Shown piece by piece: positions 57,955-64,000 of a stretch of DNA of 64,000 nt. The DNA is taken from NCBI GenBank assembly GCA_028534125.1, contig CM052850.1:25792001-25856000 (forward strand), written 5' to 3'. The position numbers were made by a program, and so were the translations under genes. Below the pieces are notes generated by a model, which was not told the origin of the DNA, searched no databases, and saw only the letters and a list, made by a program, of their open reading frames with translations. The DNA is from Lama glama. Lineage: Eukaryota. Position 1 is the stretch's first letter; the number at the start of each line of letters is the position of its first letter.

Positions 57955-58414
57955 TTTTCGTGTTGTAATGTGAATACAGGCTTCTTTGATTTGTTTTCCC
58001 TGGGGGATGGGGTCCGGCCCAGGGGCCAGAGGGAATGTGCACGTGGCCCACAGGCACCAGTGGCCAAGAAGTCCTCCGCGGGCTCCTGGAGCAGCCGGAG
58101 GGGACCCTCAGGCCGGGCTGTGGCGCTGCCCCAGTCAGGGGGCGTCTCATGCACTGACGGGACCGAGGGGTCAGTCTGCACATCCTTACTAGAACCGTGT
58201 CTTCACGGGGCAGGAGGGTGGGAGGCTTCCTCTGTTCTTAGGTATCTCTAAGGTTCATGGTTCGTTTGGTTCTGTTTTTTCACTTCTACCTTGGGTGCAA
58301 TGCGTATGTCAAAAGTTTCTATTTTGGTATTTCAAAAGAGACCAAACCAGGCCCAAACCGCCTTTCTAGAAGGTGTGTGTGTGTGCCACTCAGAGTGCCT
58401 CTTCAGCGCTGATA

Positions 58415-58420
58415 AATAAA
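58415..58420 (+). terminator. ZNF469: Polyadenylation signal AATAAA
   Basis: First AATAAA I found after the stop codon; preceded by U-rich 3'UTR tracts (58255-58335) and followed by GT-containing sequence. Confidence 0.7.
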
Positions 58421-59556
58421 AGCTGAGGGGCTCTGGGGTTGTACATAAAATAGCAGTGACCTCACGCTGTCAGTGTGTGCGCACAGTTTTCACAGGGAGC
58501 CTCCTGCTGTGGCGTCTGTCCTCCACCAGCCCCACCCTGCCTGCCCCACCTGAGCCACCTGCCCTGCAGAGCTGCCCTCTGCGGGAAGCGGTCCCACCAG
58601 CCCTCCAGGTTGGTCAACAGTGGGACGATGCCATGGCCCTGGGCAGGGCCCTCTAGAGCAGAGCCGTGGACGGAGTGGCGGGAGTAGCTACTAGACAGCT
58701 CGTTGGGAGACGCGGCGGGCAGCAGAGGCAGCAGGAGGGCTCAGGCCCCTGGGGCGCGGCGTGCCCTGAAGACCCCTTCGAAGACCCCAGGGTCCTGGAC
58801 AAGCAGCAGAAGGGGCTGTCCCGGGCTCGGTACCAATCCCAGCCCTGCCCCCCCCCCGACAGCTCCCCAGGCATGAGGGGGCTCTCAGAGCAGGTCCCTG
58901 ACCACACGTGCTGGGGGTGGGGGGGGAGCTTCACCAAGCCCTTCCACAGGGAGAGGGTCCCACATGTGCCACCGTGACACCAGGCCACGGACCTGCCCTG
59001 CCTGCTCTCGCTCTTCCTGCCAAGCCCTTGCCCGTGCAGTTCCCTCCACCAGGAACGGCCTCCCCAGAGCCTCTCAGTCAGTCACAGCCTGTCCCAGCGA
59101 TGCCCCCGCCCAGGTGGGCTGCCCTGCTGCACTGGCATTTGCATACCTACAGTGCACTGGGGAGCAAGCCTGTGGCTTCCAAGGAGGCACGGGCTGGGGA
59201 ATGGGGTTGGGGTGGATGGAGTCCGAGCCAAGTTGAGAAAGGCCATCTGGGGCCTTGGTGGTGGACACTGTGGGGTCAGCTGGGTCCACAGCACCAGAGG
59301 CCCCGCTCAGCTCACCACACCTTGGGCTGCCGGGGACCAGCATCCTTGTCCCTGGAAACACTGGAGAGTGCAGTTCCTGACTGTGAATCAGACACTGGGG
59401 CGGCCAGGCACTCTGTGCCGTCACCTCTCTTCGGGGTCTGAGGCTAGAGACATCGGGGACAAAGACGTTCCCAGGGCAAATGTGAGCAAACCCACCCCAC
59501 CTGGGCCCTGAGTCCCCACTGAGGCTGCTAGACCCATGGTGTGGGCCGCACCAGCC

Positions 59557-59575
59557 TGGCCAGCAGGTGGCAGCA
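59557..59575 (+). promoter_or_regulatory. Candidate CTCF site
   Basis: TGGCCAGCAGGTGGCAGCA closely matches the CTCF core consensus CC[AG][GC][CT]AG[AG][GT]GGC[AG]. Confidence 0.5.
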
Positions 59576-62239
59576 TTCGCTGGCACAGGCCCCGCCAGCT
59601 CCCCTTGGCCTCCAAGCCCCACCCACAAACCCCAGACTTTTCCAACAGGCCCAGAGACACACGCTTACTGTACACCGTGTGCACCCCTCCGCGCCTCTCA
59701 CACACACAGCCACATGAGTGACTCGGGGCACATCTGGGGGACCTGGCCCTCGAGGGGTCCCAGGGTGGGCGTCCGGAAAGGCCCCTTATGAGCCATGGGA
59801 GTGGGCCAGACAGGGCAGGAGAGGGTCCGGGTGGGCACAGACCCCATGTAGGGACCACAGCTCCCTGAGGACCTGAGGAAGCTGAGAAGGACCTCCCCAC
59901 CCCATGTCCTCGAGCAGGACCACTCTGCCTGGGCCTGAGGACCTAGCTCGCCCCATCTAGGAAGCCAGAGTGCCCCTCACCCCAGACTGCAGGGCACCCC
60001 CAGCTGCCCCGCGGCGGGCTGTGTCAGCAGCAAGGCCACATAAATGGCTGCGTATACAACTGCGTCCCCTACCAGGTCTCAGAGACACCCCACTACCCTC
60101 GGCCCCACCACCTGGAGACGGGCTGAGAGAGAAGACAGTGCCTGGGAGCAGGCAGAGGGGCCAGGCTGGGGGGCACATGGGGGTCTGCCTCGACGGGGGG
60201 CGGCGGGAGGGAGCAGCTGGCGCCGAGCGGCAGGCGGGCGGCCACGTCCCCCAGGCCCCGCCGCAGGGATGCTTGCCTCGCGGCCTGGGCGCATCCGCCC
60301 GGGACTGGAGGGCAGTATCACAGCAGGCTTCCTGGGGCTTCCGGGCCGCAGACACCTGCCTCAGAGAGCCCGGCCTCCCAGGAGGAGCGTGCAGATGGCC
60401 ACGCCCACACAGGCGGAAGGATCTGCATCTACAGGGCCCCCAGCGAGGCTCAAAGGAGCAGAGGGCCACCAGCGGCCAGTGTCAGGGCTTCCTGAAGCAC
60501 CTCCCGTGGTGGGGGCAGGACTTGGACGCCATGGGGCCTGCCCATGTCACCTGCAAGTGGGCTCTGGAGGTCTGACCCTGAAGCCACACACCCGCAGACC
60601 CGTTTCTCCACCTGTCCAGCGGGGGGGGGGGGGGGGGTGCAGCGGCCCCAGGTCCTGCTGCTGTGCCTGTAGGACGGCAGTCCCAGAGCAGCCATGACAA
60701 GCTTCAGGGCGTTGCTCCCTTCCGCCCGCCTGTGCCTGGGTGCCCAGGATCACAGCCCCTTCTACCTCACTAACTGGCTGGCACGGCCCTGTGGGCTGCA
60801 GCTCAAGGCCAAGGCCTCCTCCCTGGAACCCCAGGCAGCGAGAGAAGGCAGATGGGGCTCTCCAGGGCCTGAACAAGCCGCACCTCCATCTCAGCCGCCG
60901 AGAGACCCCAGGACCATTTCTGGGGCCCCAGGCAGGAGCACGGTGCATTCAGCCGGCTCGGTGAGCACCAAGGGACAGCAGAGCTCTGGGCTAGGGCAAG
61001 AGACACATGCTCATCACTATCCCCTCTGGCCTCGGTTTTCCCACCTATTAAATGGGCACAACAATCACCAAAAACCCTTGCAGCCCTGACACTCTGAGCT
61101 CCCTCCCAGTGTAAGTCTGTGGCCCATTGACCCGGGCTGGCTCTCACTGGCTCGGCCCAGACCCTTGACCCCCGCCGTCCAGTTGCCTCCCTCCCTCCCC
61201 TCTTCAGGTCTTTGTTCAGGTGGTACCTCCTGTCTGCGGCCTCCCTAACCCACTGCTGAGATGGCAGCTGCACCCAGAGTGCCCCATACCCAGCCTGCTT
61301 AGTTACAGCACGTTTGACCCCACGGCCCACTCCTTAATCCTACTGTCCCGTTACTGGACTCTGAGTGATGCATCCTGTGTGCTGTTCCCGGTCGGTCATA
61401 CCTTCATGGTATGGTGGGAGCCCGAACCAAGTTTGTGGGAAGGAGAGGAGGGGGAGGCGAGGGAGCAGGGGGAGGGGACGAGAAAGTGCAGATAGCATCC
61501 TGTCTGCTGATGTAACGCACCTGACCCCCACTCTCATCACTGGGAAACGTCCAGATCGTTCTTTGTGTCTGTGTCCGGCTGGTAAGCAGACCACACCTGG
61601 GCAGCCGCATGCACAGCGCTCACGCTGAGGACAGTCTCCAGGCAAGAGCCTCTGTGTCCCGGGGTCTCAGAGGGTGTGGCTTGTTAGAGTTGCCGGTTTC
61701 AGAGAGGACCGCTGAGCAGGGAGAACAGCTTGTCCTCTCACTCCCTCTGCTTCCCCCAGACATCTGAGGGATGGCTGGTAGAGATCAGACAGGGTCCCCA
61801 GTTGCAGGAGCCCCATCTCCAAGGCCAGAGCCAGCCCCAGCCGCCGCGGGGGCTACCCGGGCAGCAGCCCGCCCACCGGGGGCCCAGGCAGCCGCTAGTT
61901 GTCACCGTATTGCCCGGCTACCCCCGCCCCACCCACAGGCTGCCTCCGATTCCTCTCTTAATTTATTTTGACATCTTTGCTGCTGTTTGACCTCCTTATG
62001 GAGTCACGTGGTGCTTAAAACTCATTAAAACCCCATTGAAACAGGAAGTTAATTAAACCCTTCACAGAGCTGGTGCTGACAAGCGTCGGCATGGGCCCCT
62101 GGCACTGCTGCCCGGAGGCTCCAGGGCCCTGAGCTGACCGGCAGCGGGGGGAGCAAGGCCTGGGCCCCTCCCCCCCAGCGCAGCCTCCAGGGTCCATTCT
62201 GGAGCAGCAGGTGTGCGTTTCCTAGGGCTCTGCTGCTCA

Positions 62240-62400
62240 CCTGCTCTGTGGCCTTGGGGAAGTGACTCGCTTCTCTGAGCCCCAGTTTCCTTGTTTGGCA
62301 AATGGGAATCCAACAGTCCCTTCTTTAGAGAGCCCTCATGAGTGGACAGTGTGTTGACCTACGTGAGGGCTCAGCACGGGGCCTGACACAGAGGAACCGT
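62240..62400 (+). mobile_element. MIR SINE
   Basis: ctgtggccttggggaagtgactcgcttctctgagccccagtttccttgtttggcaaatgggaat..cagcacggggcctgacacag. Confidence 0.7.
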
Positions 62401-63289
62401 CCATGACGTCACTCCTATCACTACTAGTGTAAGGTAACAGAGTGCTGAGGGCCGTAGACAAGGCACCTGGGCCAGAGAGGAGAGGCCTAATGTGGCTTCC
62501 CTGAGGATGGGTGAGTGGGCCAGGCACTGGGAGGAAGGGGAGCAGCTGGCAGCTGGAACAGCTTATGCAAAGGCCCTGTGGCCACAGGATACCTGGACCC
62601 ACGGACAAGGAGGTTCAGAAGAAGGTAAGAGGAGGGCAGGGCCTGAGATTATCATAGTTGCCCTGTGGAAGGTCCCACTGGCTTTAGCCTGCAACAGGGC
62701 CGGGAGTGGATGTGGGCGACCAGCAGTGGTCAGGGTGATGGTGAGGGAGGCTCGGAGCAGGGCTGGGGGTGATGACAGCGTCCCACAGGCATCTCAGAGC
62801 TATAAGGAGGTGAAGCCAAGGACACTGCTGGGGACAGTGAAGCAGAAAGCATGGTGCGGCCTGGCAGTCAGCGGCTTCTCACCTGGCCTGGGCTCAGGAC
62901 AGTCTCCTCCAGAGTCTGCCCCAGCCCCAAGCATTCAGAGACCCACCTCTCAGCCCTCCCAGCTTTCACATCTGCTCTTCCCTCAGCCAAGAATGCCCTC
63001 CTCTCACCACTCTCGAGTATTCTCTTCATTCTTCAATATCCTGCTTGAGTTTCTAGAATATTCCATGGCTCCCTTGGGCAGAGCCTAACAACCAGTGCAG
63101 AGCCACAGTTAGCCCCCTCCCCACCCGCAGCCACTGCATGGGCCTGGGCAGCCCTCCTGGGATGGGGCAGCACAGAGCCAGGCCCACAGGCTGCCAGCCT
63201 ACAGGTCGGAGGGCAGAGAGGGACCAGACACGAGCCTAGAACCACAGAGGCATCAAGGCTGGAGGAGCCCTGAGGGGTTGTGTCCCCTA

Positions 63290-63390
63290 CCCCCACCTAC
63301 AGGTGAGGAAACCAAAGAACTTACTCAGGGTCACACCCTCCAAAATGGCAGAGGCAAGATTTGAACCCAGTTCCCCCGGCGCCCAGGCCA
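63290..63390 (-). mobile_element. MIR SINE
   Basis: tacaggtgaggaaacc..acttactcagggtcacac..atggcagaggcaagatttgaacccag. Confidence 0.65.
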
Positions 63391-64000
63391 GGGATGACTG
63401 CCCAGGATCACAGGAAGCTCAGCCATGGAGACGCTGTAGGACCACTCTGAGGCTCAGTGTCTTCACCACCACCACAGCAGCCTTGGAAGCTGTGTCCTCC
63501 GTCCAGCTCTGCCGCCTTCTGCCTGGGTGACTGTGACATCGTAACCACTGTAGAGTTGCACAGGGACATCCTGAGACACTATGAACCAGCCCCAAAAAAG
63601 GGCTGAAAAAAAATGCTGGTGATGGTGATGATGACATCGCCCCCAAGTGGGCACCCAGAGCTGTCCCCAGCAAGCTTTCCTGGGCACCTCCCTGGGGGCC
63701 TTCAGGGAGCCTGCTATTATGCCTTGAAATCCAGCAAAGCAGGAAATAACTAGGCTGTGGTCAGGGCAGCCCAGCTTCTTGGTGGGCCTGACAGCCCCCA
63801 ACACGGATTGAGTGCAATTCTGTTCTACTAGTGACACTTGGATGTGAATCTCGGCACTCCTTGTGGACACACAGGGGCAGCCCATGGAGGATACAGGTGT
63901 CCGAGTGGGACAGCATCAGCAACCCCACACCCTGCTCCTCCTCTCCCATCTGATCAGGGGCTCCTACAAAACCCCTCTCACTTGTCACCTCCTCCAGTCA

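Larger units (their letters stand above)
45571..58440 (+). other. ZNF469: ZNF469 terminal exon (127-nt 5'UTR + CDS + ~1.25-kb 3'UTR); 3' end approximate
   Basis: Acceptor ctcactgcatccttcccttgcAG|G with AG at 45569-45570; AATAAA at 58415-58420. Confidence 0.8.

Noticed and set aside
58284-58292. Possible let-7 site in the 3'UTR
   Set aside because: The sequence is CTACCTT, not CTACCTC; seed mismatch
58440-58447. Pumilio element TGTACATA
   Set aside because: It lies 20 nt downstream of AATAAA, at or beyond the likely cleavage site, so it may not be in the mRNA
58500-64000. Start of ZFPM1 expected by synteny
   Set aside because: No CpG island or FOG1 N-terminal MSRRKQ coding sequence seen; it presumably lies beyond the window

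Overview
GC-rich eutherian mammalian genomic DNA containing what appears to be the whole ZNF469 gene on the + strand (the brittle cornea syndrome / collagen-regulator zinc-finger gene). The inferred structure is: a CpG-island promoter and first exon (~12.4-13.6 kb, donor GAG|GTGAGT at 12745/12746), a 61-nt non-coding exon 2 (43232-43292), and a ~12.9-kb terminal exon from 45571. That last exon holds the entire 3826-aa CDS (45698-57178) and a ~1.25-kb 3'UTR with AATAAA at 58415. The rest is intronic or intergenic DNA with ancient repeats (MIR, L2, MLT1, MER20, MER33, MER5A, L1M), simple repeats and N blocks. I saw no Alu, B1 or other young lineage-specific SINE, so I cannot name the species. 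Repeat family calls and human comparisons are from memory, not database searches. I found no novel multi-gene system, and the other ORFs in the track are best explained as GC-content artefacts. The best leads are regulatory or structural: a minisatellite that builds an array of nuclear-receptor DR0/DR4/DR5 elements, strong-context uORFs just before the main ATG, paired miR-29/miR-23 8mer sites, a BCL11-ZnF0-like CCHC finger, GATA- and homeobox-dense AT islands, a heat-shock element created by duplication inside a transposon relic, and a strongly GC-shifted L1 fossil.
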